Shown: positions 1 to 13,617 of the stretch, piece after piece
Layout: each line of letters opens with the position of its first letter
Position numbering within the stretch: position 1 is the stretch's first letter
DNA from: Paramecium tetraurelia
Lineage: Eukaryota
Reading direction: 5' to 3'
NCBI GenBank assembly: GCA_000165425.1
Contig: CT868552.1
Coordinates: 372,001 to 435,734 of the forward strand
Length of the DNA stretch: 63,734 nt
Notes under the pieces: generated by a model
Told to the model about the DNA's origin: nothing
Seen by the model: only the letters and a program-made list of their open reading frames with translations
Database searches by the model: none
Translations under genes and position numbers: made by a program

Positions 1-90
1 TTATTTTTAATTTAAAATTAAATCTATTAAAATCAATTTTCATTTTTAAACTAAAAAAACAAATAAAATAGAAGCAAAAAATATTTAATC

Positions 91-1776
91 TCAAGAATTC
101 AATTTTGTTTAAAGAGACTAGTTATAAAAATTTCTTATTTTTAAATTACTCTCGTAATTAGATGATTTCGTTTTAAATGATAAGTAATCTGCAGTAGAAG
201 GAACTTCGATTGAGTATTTTTATTGGGGACTTAAACTTTGTAATCTCATATTGATATATTGTTAAATCGGCCTTATTTTTTATATTCCATTGCTTGTATT
301 GCTCTCTGTTGTTTTAACCTAACTTATTTTCTTCTGTTATTCTTTCTATTGCTATCTTAAATATGCCTTTAACTGTTTTGCATTTGTGAAGCCTCCTGTT
401 GACTTTCGAATTCGAATATTTTAACTGATTTTGTTAATTACACAATTCTTTTACACCTTCTCTTGATGAGCAACTTAAATAGTTATAAATATATTAATAT
501 ACCTAAAGCTATGTAGCAATCTAAACAGACTTATAATTTTTTATGCAAAAATCCATCAGAATTTTTAAAATATTCGAAGTTTGTGTAATTTAACTTTTAG
601 TGAATCTTCTAAAATACCAAGGGAACCTGTGTTATTGTATTTAACAATGCTTGGGTTCCAGCATTAGCCCCTGCCACTTTTACTGTTTTGGCCTCTTTCT
701 TAATTTCATTTGGCCATTGATCAGCGGGCAGACTTTCTTCATTTTAATCTAAAATATAATGATATGGAATATCAATGAAATTGTTCTCTTTGTCAATGTT
801 ACCGCACTTAATGCATTTAGATTCCTTGTTCAATTGCAATGGTCTTTGACTATACACAGACATAATGCCATCCACTGATTTTGGTATTTAAATTTATGAT
901 TGCGTGTATAAATCCTTTGGATAATTCTTAAAATGCTTATCGTCATCGAATTTTAGACTTCCACAAAATAGGAACCAACATTTAGCTTATTTGTCAACCT
1001 TAAAATAAAAGGTTCCTTAACTTATATTCAATTTTCCAAATGATATTGCATCTAAATGATTAATCATCTTTTCAATCTATTCAGATATTCGTTAAGATTA
1101 GAAATCCTTCACTTAAGCTAAGTTTTAATGATTATACTAATATCTTACTTGCTTCACTCAAATATTCAGGTCCTTCGAATGTACACAGCCTCTCATAAAT
1201 ATTCATTGATTTGTTCAGATAACTTTTCTTTGTCACTCTCTTGGTGAAGAGCGTAACTGACTTACTCCAAAATGCCTATATTTATGCTGATTTTAATGAG
1301 ATGAATACAATTTTTGTCATCTGCTGCCTCAACGTATCGTTAGAGTATTCCAAAGGGAAGCTCCAAATTTGAATTCATAAAGTTTTCGAACCCTTTTTCG
1401 TCAAAATACACAATCTAAATTTAGCCACTTATTTTGAGCTTCTCAGGTGGATAATTCAAGTCTAAATTTTCTCTTGATAATGTTAAGTATGCTATTTATA
1501 CATAAAATGCAGCAGATATCCTACTACTCCAGATCTCCCAACCTAATTCAACCAGGTTTCTTTTATATTTTCTTTCGTAACGTTTTTCCTCATCTTTTTT
1601 TTCACCTCCCCTGTCTCCTTATCTGTAAAATACCAATATATTGGCATCGACCTTATCAAAATCACAGTGTCTGGTATTAACACAGAAGGTGGACTCGACG
1701 TCTCAGACTTAACCCAAAGATATTGATATATTTTATCATAAAGTATATGTTCTTGCACACTTTCACTAGTAAACAT
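91..1776 (-). CDS. Hypothetical protein, several short introns
   Basis: ATG at 1776 (MFTSESVQEHILYDK...PPSVLIPDTVILIRSMPIYWYFTDKETGEVKKK). The last exon is open in ciliate code to TGA at 91-93 (...QTKLNS*). Contains CxxC motifs. Internal exon boundaries are approximate. Confidence 0.75.
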
Positions 1777-1808
1777 AATAATTAATAAAATTAATATTTG
1801 TTAAATTG

Positions 1809-2023
1809 ATGGATTCATACAATGAAACTAAGTACAAGGAATTAAAGAAGAAGTATGCAATTCTCATGAAAGTACATATTGTCGCCTATAGGAATAGCAA
1901 TATCAAATGATATAATAAGAATATGAAAAAGTTAATAGCGATTTAGCAGAATCTATTTAGGAGAAAAGGATACTCCAAAATAGAATTAATGAAATATTGG
2001 GAAAGCAAAGTGAAGACAATTGA
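1809..2023 (+). CDS. Small (64 aa) coiled-coil protein
   Basis: MDSYNETKYKELKKKYAILMK | 20-nt intron gtacatattgtcgcctatag | EQQYQMIQQEYEKVNSDLAESIQEKRILQNRINEILGKQSEDN*. Confidence 0.7.
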
Positions 2024-2108
2024 GTATTAAATATCACTAATATTATATGAGTTGAAATTCTTACTTAAAGAATTGTAAATCCCATCAAAATTTTCATTCA
2101 TTTTTTTA

Positions 2109-2411
2109 ATGTTTTTATAATACCATCGAAAAAAATTTCAACCTTCTTTGGTTGCATTTTACGAATTTAAAATTTAGGAAGTCTAAAGTTACCCTTCCCA
2201 AAGAGTGGTCATTACGGAATAGAACATAAAGAATTACGCAGATTTGAGAATCGGAACCTACAGTCCAATTGTTTCTAAAAGTCGAATCAAGACTGTGCCT
2301 CTAGTAAAAAAAGAAAAAGTCATTCCCTTTGAACATGACTACAACACTGTTTATAGATCCGTGTCTTGCTAAAGAAATCTTTTCAATATAGTTAGTGGAA
2401 AACACAAATGA
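2109..2411 (+). CDS. Hypothetical 100-aa protein, intronless
   Basis: Open ATG..TGA frame in ciliate code (MFLQYHRKKFQPSL...IVSGKHK*). No recognised motif. Confidence 0.55.
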
Positions 2412-2933
2412 TTTTATTATTAAATTTCCCCCTCTTTACAAATATCTTTAAACTAATACTCCCCTCCTACTATGGATGGTAAGATTTGTGTTATTCACAT
2501 ATCAAAAACTCATCATCCTTATAAATCATATAATTATCAGAATGACAAAAATGTTCAGACAAAAATGAGTTGCTTGTATGAGAAGGTTGTCTATACTAAA
2601 TCTAGAATCTAATGATTTTATAGAGGATAATCAGAACGACGGGTTCAGTAATATTTTAATTATAATGTGATAATAAAAGTCTAATTCTTTAAAATATATT
2701 GATTTTTATTAATGTCAATTCAAATAATTAAAAATAGAAGACCAATACTATTTTTATCTTATAAATCTCAAAAGCTCAAATAGATAGACTAACTTTATAT
2801 CAATTAAATCTCAAAATTTATAAATATTGTGAAAAAATACAACCTACAATTTACCAATATAATGAGTCAATATAAAAATAAATTTATTTGCAATTACTAT
2901 TATAATATTAATTTAGATAGTTATAAAAATTAA

Positions 2934-3624
2934 ATGGAACCTTAGCAATCTATAGTATAGGAATTTCCATCAGATGATAAGCAACAATTCTTAGACATTC
3001 AACTAATCTTGGCGTTCTAACTTGTCCATTACTGCTATTTTGGCTTCCGAACTTACAAAAAAGAATCATCATTTTTCAATCAAATAGGTATTCTTAAAAA
3101 TTATCCCTGTAGGACCTACAATGATATTAAAGACTTGTCTCATATTGTCATTCTATATAGTATTTAAGAAAATTAAATATTCATCTAATGAGTTTATATT
3201 AGGCCATTTGATAATTGGAATAATTTTTCAAATTGCAGCATTGTTTTATGAAAAATAGTTTGCTTAGGTTGTTTATTAATTCACAATCTTGGTCCAATAT
3301 TCATATTTTGTGTAATAGATGACAGAGGAATCAATTGGATTTTTTTGTTAGGCAACTTAATATGCATAGAGCTTAGCTTTTATTTATCATTTATTTTAGA
3401 TGTTTAAAAATAAGAATGGCACTACTTTGAGTCCATTCTAAGTAAAAATCCATATTTTAGAATCAATGCTCTAAATTACATTAAGTTTGACGAGTAAACA
3501 CAATATCCTTTCATATGGACCTGGAGTTGTGTATCTGCTATCGTCATTGTTCTGCTTAAGAGTACAGAAAGAATTACTCTAAATTTAAGACAAGAAGACA
3601 GTTGGAAAGCAGAAGTCTTAATGA
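2934..3624 (+). CDS. Hypothetical multi-pass membrane protein (weak PQ-loop-like resemblance)
   Basis: MEPQQSIVQEF..., one 25-nt intron, several hydrophobic segments, TGA at 3622-3624. Confidence 0.6.
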
Positions 3625-3663
3625 TTTGTATAAATAACACATTTCTTTTTATGAAAATAATAT

Positions 3664-5309
3664 TCAAGGTTCTTAACTTTACGCTATAACCTATTACACT
3701 TTCGACCAAAATTCCTATTGGATCTCCAACTGTTGCTATTCACATGAGGCTAAATCAGCCAAAATCGATTTATAAGTCTAATGCTTGTCTTTTTTAAATT
3801 TATCAATAGTATAAGAGGTCAAAACATCTGTAACCAATTAAAATAATAACTTGTACTAATCAACCTCTTTTTGAGTCTAAATAGTATGAGTAATAATTAC
3901 CTCATTTAATTGAAGTTCTAATTTTTACTTTTATTCCTCCAGACTTATTTTACTAAAGGAACCTTTCATAGTCGAATTGCCTTTCATAATTTTGTATAAA
4001 TCTGATTATTCTTCACTTAACTTCTATTCTGCCTTTTATTTTGATTGCATCAAAGAATCTCTAGTTTGGAATGCCTAAATAAATGCATCAATATCTCTTT
4101 GTTCTGTTGAAATTAAATCCTATATTTTGTCAAGAGAATTGTTATTTGGATCTCTCTATATTAGCTTATTAATAATACAATCTTTTTAGCAAGTTCTAAA
4201 ATATCAGCATTGGCAGGATTAGAAAATACCATTTTATTTTGTGGTACCCATTCCTGAAGTATTTATTTCTCATATTCAGAGAAGTTAAGTCCAAAAATTG
4301 TGAAAAATGTTTCCTTCAATTATTTTCGACTGGAACTTAAATTCTTAGCTTGTTCTAGCAATTTGGCCAAAGAAGTTGACGATTATTTTAAAAAGATTTA
4401 GACTCCACTCATCTTCTTAATCATCTCAGGAGAGATTTCCTTTATATCAGTGATCTAAAATGCTTGCTTATATCTCTCAGTGTATGCAAACACATTTTAT
4501 TTAGGTATCTAACTTATTTGCTATTGAATATATTATGAATCAAATACTTTGTTTATATCAGGATTTGTTGACCTTAAAAAGATATCATAAAATTCTTCTG
4601 AATAATAGAGATGTTTAATCTACATCATCTTCATACAAAATATATTAAGCAGTCTTGTCCTTTCAATAATGATGTCTGATCCAGTACTGACAGATTTCTC
4701 AGGAATTGGAGGTATATATTATCCAGGCCATTTGGCTAAGAGTAGTTCTCTGATTGTGTAGAATTCATTGAATCTTCTTTATGCTTCGAATTCTCCAAAG
4801 CAATCTTTTCCCTTGATTGTGTAAACTACATAGTTTGAAATACCTCCACTCTTTTAAACAGGATCACTTACTTTTATTTCGATCTAAAATATAGAATACT
4901 TAAATACTGGAAAACTATAATCTGCTTTTAAGAATAAATTCTCCAAATTTGATGACATTGTTTCTGGATTTTTTTCAGCTAACTATTATCTATCTTCCTA
5001 CTCTTTTGCTTAATCGCCTTCAACTTTTTTTTCATCTTAAGCAATTTCTTATTCAGGTTCCTTTTAAGTGATGGTTTCTGCTTATTAAATAGCTTCTTGT
5101 TATTATTGATTATCATCCTTGACTTCTATCTCTTATTTGATTTACTAAACAACTTATTCCTGCTTCTCCTACTTTTCTTGAATCTCTTCTTTTTATTGAA
5201 CCTCCTCTTTAACTTATTGATTATGTACTTCAATTTAAGGCTATTGTGATTGCTCCTATTGTACTTCCTATATAGTTTGATTTTATTCTTATGCTTATTC
5301 TTCTGACAT
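3664..5309 (-). CDS. PX-domain sorting nexin (PX plus helical/BAR-like C-terminus) with acidic Gln/Glu-rich N-terminus
   Basis: PX signature: IKVSDPVQKSGGISNYVVYTIKGKD...RRFNEFYTIRELLLAKWPGQYIPPIPEK...IERTRLLNIF. Confidence 0.85.
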
Positions 5310-6028
5310 TTGTAAAAATAAATATAAATAGGTAAGAAAAATGAATGAATGAATTAATTTTAATTTCTATAGGAATTTTAATTTATTATCAATTAGAATT
5401 AAAATTCATATAGAATGGTTTAAAGAAGGAATTATGAGCATTTATAGTTAATGTAAATATCTATTAAAAGTTGAGGAATACAAACTTGTTAAACATGTAT
5501 GTTTCAATGTAATTAAGATTAAATTCTATTATTATATATGAAACTCAATTACTAATATCATTAATAATTAACAGGCTAGTTCATTTTAGGAAGGTAGTAG
5601 GAGTATTACCAATTTTTGATTTAATTAATAATAAATAACTCTTTTAAGTTGCAATTTCTGATTGAGGAATAAAATTACAATGATCTTAGAGGAACACTTT
5701 TGTTTGAGTATTCCTTTTCTTTATGAATTAAATTACTGATTATCTATTAATTTTATGAATCTCATCTTGATTGAATGGATGAGGTAGTTAAATAACAATA
5801 AATTAGATTATCTGCTTTCTCTTTAATTTTTAGTTTAATTTGGATCAAAATCAATTTTATCAATTCATTTATCTAGCTCTTAATTCACTTATCAATATTA
5901 TTATTTAGAATAAAGGGATGCTGTCATAATTCCAATTTATTAGTTTGATTAGAATTTGCATTATCGTAGTGAAATATTTTTATGTAAAACAAATAATTAT
6001 TTAATAAGTTTTTAATTAAAAAATATGA

Positions 6029-6656
6029 TCAGGAGTCAAATACATTTTGAATCTAATGAGGAGCATCATAAACTTCTGTTGCATCAGCTGATTGTTTCTC
6101 TTATTATTCTTGAAACATGTAGGCCTTTGTTTAAATAGGTTGTTGTTGAACCTCAGAATTAGCAGGGTTATTCCAGTCGATTTCAAATCGAGTTATACGG
6201 GGTTTATTATTGAAGATTTATCTAGCAATATCTTCGATGATGACTTCTTAGGGGTCGTTTTCGATGTTTTCAGGGGATGTGTAGGTGTTATAGACATAAT
6301 ATCCGACTCTGAAAAATTCTCTTTGTCTGTATGAACATGTCAAGATGAAGGCAGTAATACCCAATAATTCATCTTGAGGAATTTTTTTCCAATCAGGTGG
6401 ATTCGATTCAAGAGTAAATTGCTTGGTTCCCTTAGTCAAGGGTCCCATAGAAAATTAGTCCAATATTTAATCATGAGCTTCATCTTTTGGAGACCCTATA
6501 TAAAGAAGACTAAGATTAATAAATTATGTATTACGTCCATTCTATTTCGTCCTCAATGTCAGCTATCACATCAAAGTAAATATCCATAGTTATTGGACTT
6601 GTGAAGGGTTGAGGTTTGTCATCAACTACAATATTCGTAATGCTCACAAAAGCCAT
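6029..6656 (-). CDS. ASF1: Histone H3/H4 chaperone ASF1
   Basis: MAFVSITNIVV...LYIGSPKDEAHDQILD...GITAFILTCSYRQREFFRVGYYVYNTY...KPRITRFEIDW. One 25-nt intron. Confidence 0.95.
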
Positions 6657-6969
6657 GAACTTTTTTATTAATTAAATATTGTTTTTTGGAGGTTAATAAA
6701 TAATACCTATAATTGGGCATAGCGATTATTCCCTCTAAATTGTAATTAAGATTAAATTATATAAATATATATTATGAAATTCTTTCGATGATCAGATAAG
6801 AATAGCGTTGAAGTGTAGTTGTGATAGTAACATCATTCTCAGGAGTAAAAATTGATAATTGATCAAAATAGATGGAAAAAGAATAACATTATAATTAAAA
6901 TAAATAATCAAAAAGATGCAAAAGTGATTAAGGGAATGGGTGTGATTGTTTCTTTTAAATATTTTATTG

Positions 6970-7454
6970 TCATTTATTTTCCAATTAAGGATCTACGTTA
7001 AGATCTTTGGGAACAAAAGCAAATGGTATAACTTCGGAGCCTTTAGAATACTTAGGTTTTGTTTGATCCTTTCCTATGGCGATAATTTTAATATCATTGC
7101 CAGCATAACAAAACTATTATTTAGAGATTTGTATTTTACTTCAATGATTGTTTGTCTGCACATACCACAAGGGAATGTAGGCTCATCAGTGTCACTATTT
7201 TTTATTATAAATAAGTACCATGATACTACAATGGTTGAAATTTGACGATCCCCCTCACTCACAGCCTTGCATATCGCTACACGCTCAGCACAAACACATA
7301 GACCATAACTAGCATTTTCGACATTGCATCCTGTATATATTTTGTTCGTTTTTGTCAATAAAGAGCATCCTACTCTAAAGTTTGAATATGGACAATATGC
7401 CCTTTCTTTGGCTTTGAGTGCTTCTTGAATGAGTTACTCTTCTGAGATTTACAT
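6970..7454 (-). CDS. CDA: Cytidine deaminase (homotetrameric type)
   Basis: AYCPYSNFRVG, GCNVENASYGLCVCAERVAI and PCGMCRQ zinc motifs. Two introns (24 and 26 nt). Confidence 0.93.
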
Positions 7455-7481
7455 ATTTAATAATATTTATATCTTAATTAG

Positions 7482-9091
7482 TCATTCCAATTCTTTCCCT
7501 AGTGTCTCAAATGGTAAGAAACAATTTGAAAATGACGTAATAACAGAGAGAACAGAAAATAATACAAATGGACTTCTCAATTGTTTGCTATTCATATACA
7601 TGCATATCCATGGCATGATCACTCCTCCTAGTCTTCCTATTCCATTGGCCATACCTATTCCAGTTGTCCTTATTTTTGTTGGGTAGACTTCCGCCGTATA
7701 TTAAAATCTAAATAAAATTAAGTTGATACGAAAAGATGAAAGTCATAGATAAAAAAAACTTAGATGCCGTTGCCCAATATATGAAACGATGTTCAATATC
7801 ATAAAATCCCATAAGTGCCGTCAAGGCTTGTATAGTATAGAATATTATTAAAGAGTTTTTTCTTCCAAATCCTTTTAATTCAATAAAGAAAGCAGCCGCT
7901 ACAGCACCCAAAATGTCACTAATGCAGGATACTACTAATTAAATAATCTTATCTCTTCCAGTGTGAGTTTATTCGATGTGCGATAATATATCTGGTAATA
8001 AAAGTACAATTCCATAGTATACAAATGAGAGTATAAACCAATTGAACCAAATTAAAATTGTCAGAAAGAATCTATTATTCTCAAATAGAGAAGTTACTGA
8101 AGCCTTAACGTTAAAAAAAGAATTACATTTTTTTAATTTTTGGCTATTCTATTCATTGCATGAGTCCAATTTGACAATTTGATCTTCAAATCATCATTAA
8201 ATTAAATCGAAGATTTGTTTGATTGAATCATCTCTTCAATAATATTATAAGCTAAGTCCTTCTATCCACTTAACAACGCAAACCTAGGACTCTCCCTCAA
8301 ACGAAATAAGCTAATAAACCAAGCTAAAAATCCTGGAAGACAACACCAAAAAGTCAGCAATCTCCAATTACCTTCATCCAAAGATATTAATGTAAATTCA
8401 GCAACAAACAACCCAAATAGTTAACCTATGGCAAAAGTCAAAGTTATTAAACCCATATATCTCCCTCTTAAATGACCAGGAGTAATCTCTGATATCATTG
8501 TAACTCCACACGGTGCAAAGAGACCAACTATATATATATTAATTGATTATATAATACCCAGAATCCCTAGCAATCCTCTGACTATCAAAAGTGAATAAAT
8601 TTCTTAACATGCTATCGTTCCTAGGGATAATAGACAGGTAAAAAATGAACTAATTAGAAATGGTTTCTTTCTACCAACTCTATCAGCCAATTGTCCTGAC
8701 AACATTGAACCTACTAAATATCCTACCTGAATTAAGATGACACTATTACAAAAACAAAACTTGCTTATAAGGAATTTAATGAATCAGAAATGTGCCATTC
8801 ATTTTTTAATATGGGAACCATTAATGTAAATATGGTAATCTAAGCTCCTTCACTAATACTCATCAAGGCCATAATACCATATATCCAGTATTAGAAGTTT
8901 CCAAAATTGATTTCATCTAACAAGTGATCAAAAGACAGTATTTAATGCTCAGGAATCGAAACCTGACTATTGTATTCTCTCACCAGTTTCAACTCAGAAT
9001 TATCCATTCTTCTAGGAGATGTTATTGAGGCATTTCTAGATAATTTGAGTGGACTGCCCTCCTATTTAGAATACCATGGACCATTATCCAT
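7482..9091 (-). CDS. MFS transporter, SV2/SVOP-like
   Basis: Motifs GQLADRVGRKKPF, EITPGHLRGR, WRLLTFWCCLP, ESPRF, YTAEVYPTKIRTTGIGMANGIGRLGG and LPFETLGKEL. Confidence 0.9.
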
Positions 9092-9123
9092 TAAAATTTA
9101 TTTATAAAATATTTATATATTAT

Positions 9124-9641
9124 TCACTTAAACTTTTTAAGTGCAATGGAATTATAAACAGCTCCTCTCACATCCTTATCCACTTTCAATTCTTCGTCGC
9201 TTATTTTATAATACTTGATCATCTGAGGAATATTGCAATATTGGTATAAGTTGGTCAACTCGTCCAACTCAAAACTGTTTAATTGTTCTTCACTTACTGG
9301 TGTCAGAAATATGCACAACATCTTTTAAGTCAAAATATTTGTAATCCCAAATCTAATATCATTTCTTTAACATTCTGGTGTTAACAAATAATGCAAATCT
9401 CTTTGGAATTACGATGAAACATTATATTCCTTTTTCTTAAGCATTCTATAGATCGCAATCAGACATGCCTACAATGAAACAAGCTAGAATAATTATCATA
9501 GTTTACATATTCTGGATTAACTAAAGCATATATGCAATTCTCATTCAACCCTATTTCCTTATTAAATGCTTATTGATCCTTAACATGTTATGCAAGTAAA
9601 ATCCAAATTGATTTGTCTTTATCAATAAAATATTATTACAT
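9124..9641 (-). CDS. CGI121: CGI-121/TPRKB-like KEOPS complex subunit
   Basis: ALVNPEY|LVSLQACLIAIYR...DLHYLLTP...RFGI...MIKYYKISDEELK...AVYNSIALKKFK*. The layout and C-terminus match the CGI-121 family as I recall it. One 23-nt intron. Confidence 0.7.
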
Positions 9642-9824
9642 GTATTTATATTTATAATTTAATTTATAATTCTAAGTATTCAAAATAGTATTTAATTGGA
9701 AAGGACAGAAGAGGATCCAATTTAATTCTTTCTATCTTAAATATTATTATAGATTGAATCGAAATATAGAGAATAAAAAATAAAATTAATTCCAAATTAA
9801 TTTCTTATTATTTGATATAAAAAA

Positions 9825-11254
9825 TCAATCATTTTGATCATCATTTTCTTCAGCAATCTCTTCTGGATAGTCGTTATCTCCTTCCTCTCCTTCTTCATTT
9901 AATTATTCTGGGTCAATTCCAAAAAGATGTAAATTTTGCTATTAGACAATAATAATTATTTCATACACTGAATATATCTCTAAACTAATTATTTTCATTT
10001 GCCAACTTTTCTACTTCTTCTTATAACTGTTATTTTTCATCGCTCATGTGTTAGTATAATTACTTGAAATTTTCGATTAAATCTGAATAATTATTTCAAT
10101 TTACCTTCTAACTTATGAATTTCCTCATCTTTAGCCTCTAATTATTAGGCTAATTCCTAGATGTACTCATCTTTTTGATTATCATTACTTTTCACTGATT
10201 TTTTATTTGAGGATTATAAATTCTTCTTAGAATTATTCATAAACTCTTCTCTCATTTAGTGGATTTCCTCTTAATTGTCATGCAAGTTTTATTGCAATTA
10301 CTCGATAATTTAATCTTTCATTTGGGATTCTTATTGTAATTCATTAAGAGTTTGTTATAATTCTTCCTAATAAATTTAAACAAATTGTTACCAAATTATA
10401 TTCTTAAGCAATGCTTTCTAATTACTAATTTTTTTCATTGAGAATCTATTCCAATTCATTAATTTATTCTTCATATTGATTTCTTACTTTATTTACTTCC
10501 TCTTAAATATGCTTGTTGGTTTAATTTAATTTATTATTCAAATTTCTATTTTCTTCTGTTAATTATTAAACTTTTTATTTATCCTCTCTAATTTTTTGTT
10601 CAAATTCCTATTCTAATTTTTATCTAAGATACAATGATTAATTACAATCTTCGTTATGCTTCCCTCTCTCTCTAATTAGCCTATGACAATTCAGCCTTAA
10701 GTTTTTCTGTTTGTTATTGTTCCTCTTTTAACTAATTAATTAATTGCTGACTATTTCGGTCATTATCGGATGTGATTTTCTAATTGGAGGAGTAAGGTCT
10801 TTTGTCATTAGAGAGATACTATTGATCAGCCCTTTTCTCATGACTATCGATTTTCTTATCCAAATAATCATGTTTGTTGCTGACTCTGTTAATATCGATG
10901 GTTTTGGAATAATCAGGTTTCTTATACTCATTGTTTAGAAAGTCCTTGGTTGGAACTTGAGGTTAAGGTTTGTAATCATTTTTTTTGAATGAATTTCTTT
11001 AATCATTTTTTTAGGGAACAGGGACATTACTCTAATTTTTCTAGTACATTTCTAGAGTTGAGTTAATGCTAATCAATACCTTGATATGGGATGATTTCAG
11101 TTTTATGTTGCTGATCTACAGGGCCTGTTCGATTATGAATTTAAGAATCGCATGAATAGCATAATCTGTAAGTTTGACCATATCTACATTGATTACACTT
11201 AATGGTAGCAGGTCTTTGTTAACATTTTTAACACTTGACAAAGAGAGATTACAT
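9825..11254 (-). CDS. B-box zinc finger plus coiled-coil protein
   Basis: N-terminus KCQKCQQRPATIKCNQC...LCYSCDSQIH...H, followed by a long Q/E/K-rich heptad region and an acidic tail. Confidence 0.8.
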
Positions 11255-11330
11255 TTTCAAAAGATGGTTTGAAAATATATGATAAAAATCTTAATATAAA
11301 TAAATTTGAATTTATTTTAAATAAAAGTAC

Positions 11331-12403
11331 TCATTAAGATTATATTTACCAATCGTAAATCTTTTTTTCGCATGAGATTTGGAGAAGTAACCTAACATTA
11401 TTGATCACACCTTTGTCAAATGGATATCTTGAATTCTAATTGATATACGAAATCCTTTTCCAACTCAAGTATTCCCCTGGGATTATTGATCACTTTACAT
11501 GTTGTAATATTTTTGGCTACATAATACGCATGAAATCCCAATAGACTAATCAGCAAAAGCACAATAACCCCCATAACCACCAGCAATCCAATATTCTGAA
11601 CTGAGATTCGAATACCCACTATTAACTAAGCAATTTAGACTAACAAATAAATCAGAAACAGTAGTTTATTCTTTTCGCCTATACATATGCCAATCCAAGG
11701 ACAATGATGATCAAACAATGGCACACATTTCTTGCAATATTGACAGTGTTTGGCTCTCATTGGTTACTCATTTAAACATTGCATACAGAATCTCCTTTCT
11801 GTTGTCAATATTGGAGAAATGGCTGCATTTGAAGTGCTTATACAGGTTTATTTATTTGGAATATTTATCTTTTCCTGTTCAGAAGATGGCGATGATAGCA
11901 TTCCTCTACCCGATATGATGTGCTGATTGTTTGTAGATTGTTATTGCTATTACTCCGGATAATATCTACAATGATATTCCTGTACAATTTTACTTTTATA
12001 TTGTGTTGTCATTATCAGGACCATCTTTGAATTGATCCAGTGAAATCTAACCATTAGATTCATCATTTGCCTAAGCATTGAGTACTTCTCTTTTTTCATT
12101 ATTTTCAATCTTTACTTCGATTTGATTATTCTCAAGGGGAAGCTCTACCTTAACTATTGGAATAGTTCCAGGATCTTTGAACCGTACTATAAAATACAAT
12201 CCACTTGTAACAAACATCAAGGGTCTAATGCTGATAGTTCATTATATAACAACCCAAAAATGTGACAATTCATGAGGAAGTCATTGTAAGCCCATACGTG
12301 TAAACCTACTTGCAATACTAGAAATAAAGATGGTCCCAGATACTCTAAAGTAGTATTAGTAATAATTACTTTTCTTATTGTAAAATACACAAGCTGCTTT
12401 CAT
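11331..12403 (-). CDS. DHHC-type protein S-palmitoyltransferase
   Basis: [42 protein letters not shown] and YPFDKG motifs. Confidence 0.93.
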
Positions 12404-12533
12404 GTCTCCTAATATTTGTTTATAAATTTTGAAAAATTATAATACTATAACTAAATTATTGTTTTCCTAACTCATTACAAACAAGAATTTTCTAATCTAT
12501 TGTTCTCGTTTATAATTAACAATATCAATTAAA

Positions 12534-13561
12534 ATGGAATTCAAATTGAAAATATCTAATATTATGATTACTAATTTTTAAGAATTTGTCAACAATTCTC
12601 AACCTATCCTTGACGCTCTTAGAGATCTTAACATATTCGACAAAAACAATGAATTCTAATCCCAACAGTCAATTTCTATTCGTCTTAAGTCCTTCTTTGA
12701 AAACGCACAAACTAAAGTATTATCATGCATTCATTATCTCTAGAAATAATTCTTAAAGTCTTTATTTAAAATCTTTGAAAGAGAGAGTCAAAAGGAAGGG
12801 AACTTCTAAATTAAATTAAAACTTCTACTTTTGCTTCACCTAATTTTAAGTTCATAAGTAGCTCGAGCGGAATTATCTAAAATTTTAATATCAAAACAAA
12901 TTAATATTCAAATCAACAATACTACTTTAGGAAAAGTGTGTCAACAATATTACTTTTATCTTTATAAGCTGGCTTCCCAAACAACATTTATTAATGAAGA
13001 CGTAATCAATGGTGAATTATTAATTTATTTCACATTATCGAATTAATGCATTTTGGGAATAGGCATTTAATCATAGATTGAAGATGTAGACTCCTTCTAA
13101 ACCAATCATCTACTAGCCAACACTGTGAAGTTCATCTATTACGATTTGCAAGACATAGCCATTTTTATAATGAAAGATGTTAAATCGCTTATTGAAAACT
13201 AATACGACTCTAAATAGAAAAAATTGCAGATCCTTGAGTTATATAAAGAAGTAAATTTTATATTTAATCTTGATAGTGTTAAGTACTTTAATAAAAGATG
13301 CTTAGTTTTTATCGATTTAATCGCAACTTTTCGCATTTTTCTTAAATCATGCCACCTTTTTCATTGGTTGTTGAACAACGTTACCTTAAAGACTTACAAA
13401 ATAACACAACCAAAATGCACTCGTAAACCAATATGAATAAATTGAATCAAGAACGAGTTAAATACAAACCTTAGACTACAAAATAGAGATAAATGATAAA
13501 ATTTGAATTTGCAGAGTAGAAACAACAACCAGAATCCCCTCACTTTTCATTTTCAAATTGA
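12534..13561 (+). CDS. Hypothetical protein, ANTH-domain-like
   Basis: NFQIKLKLLLLLHLIL, QQYYFYLYKL and QILELYKE...MLSFY resemble ANTH helices. About 3 short introns. TGA at 13559-13561. Confidence 0.55.
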
Positions 13562-13617
13562 TATTTATTAATTTTATCATTATTTTATGTAATGTACTTT
13601 ATTTTATAATATCATTT

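Noticed and set aside
2472..2615. 47-codon plus-strand ORF, and similar fragments at ~5600-5960, ~20450-20800 and ~34130-34800
   Set aside because: Too short or broken, with no motif support. At most these are eroded remnants.
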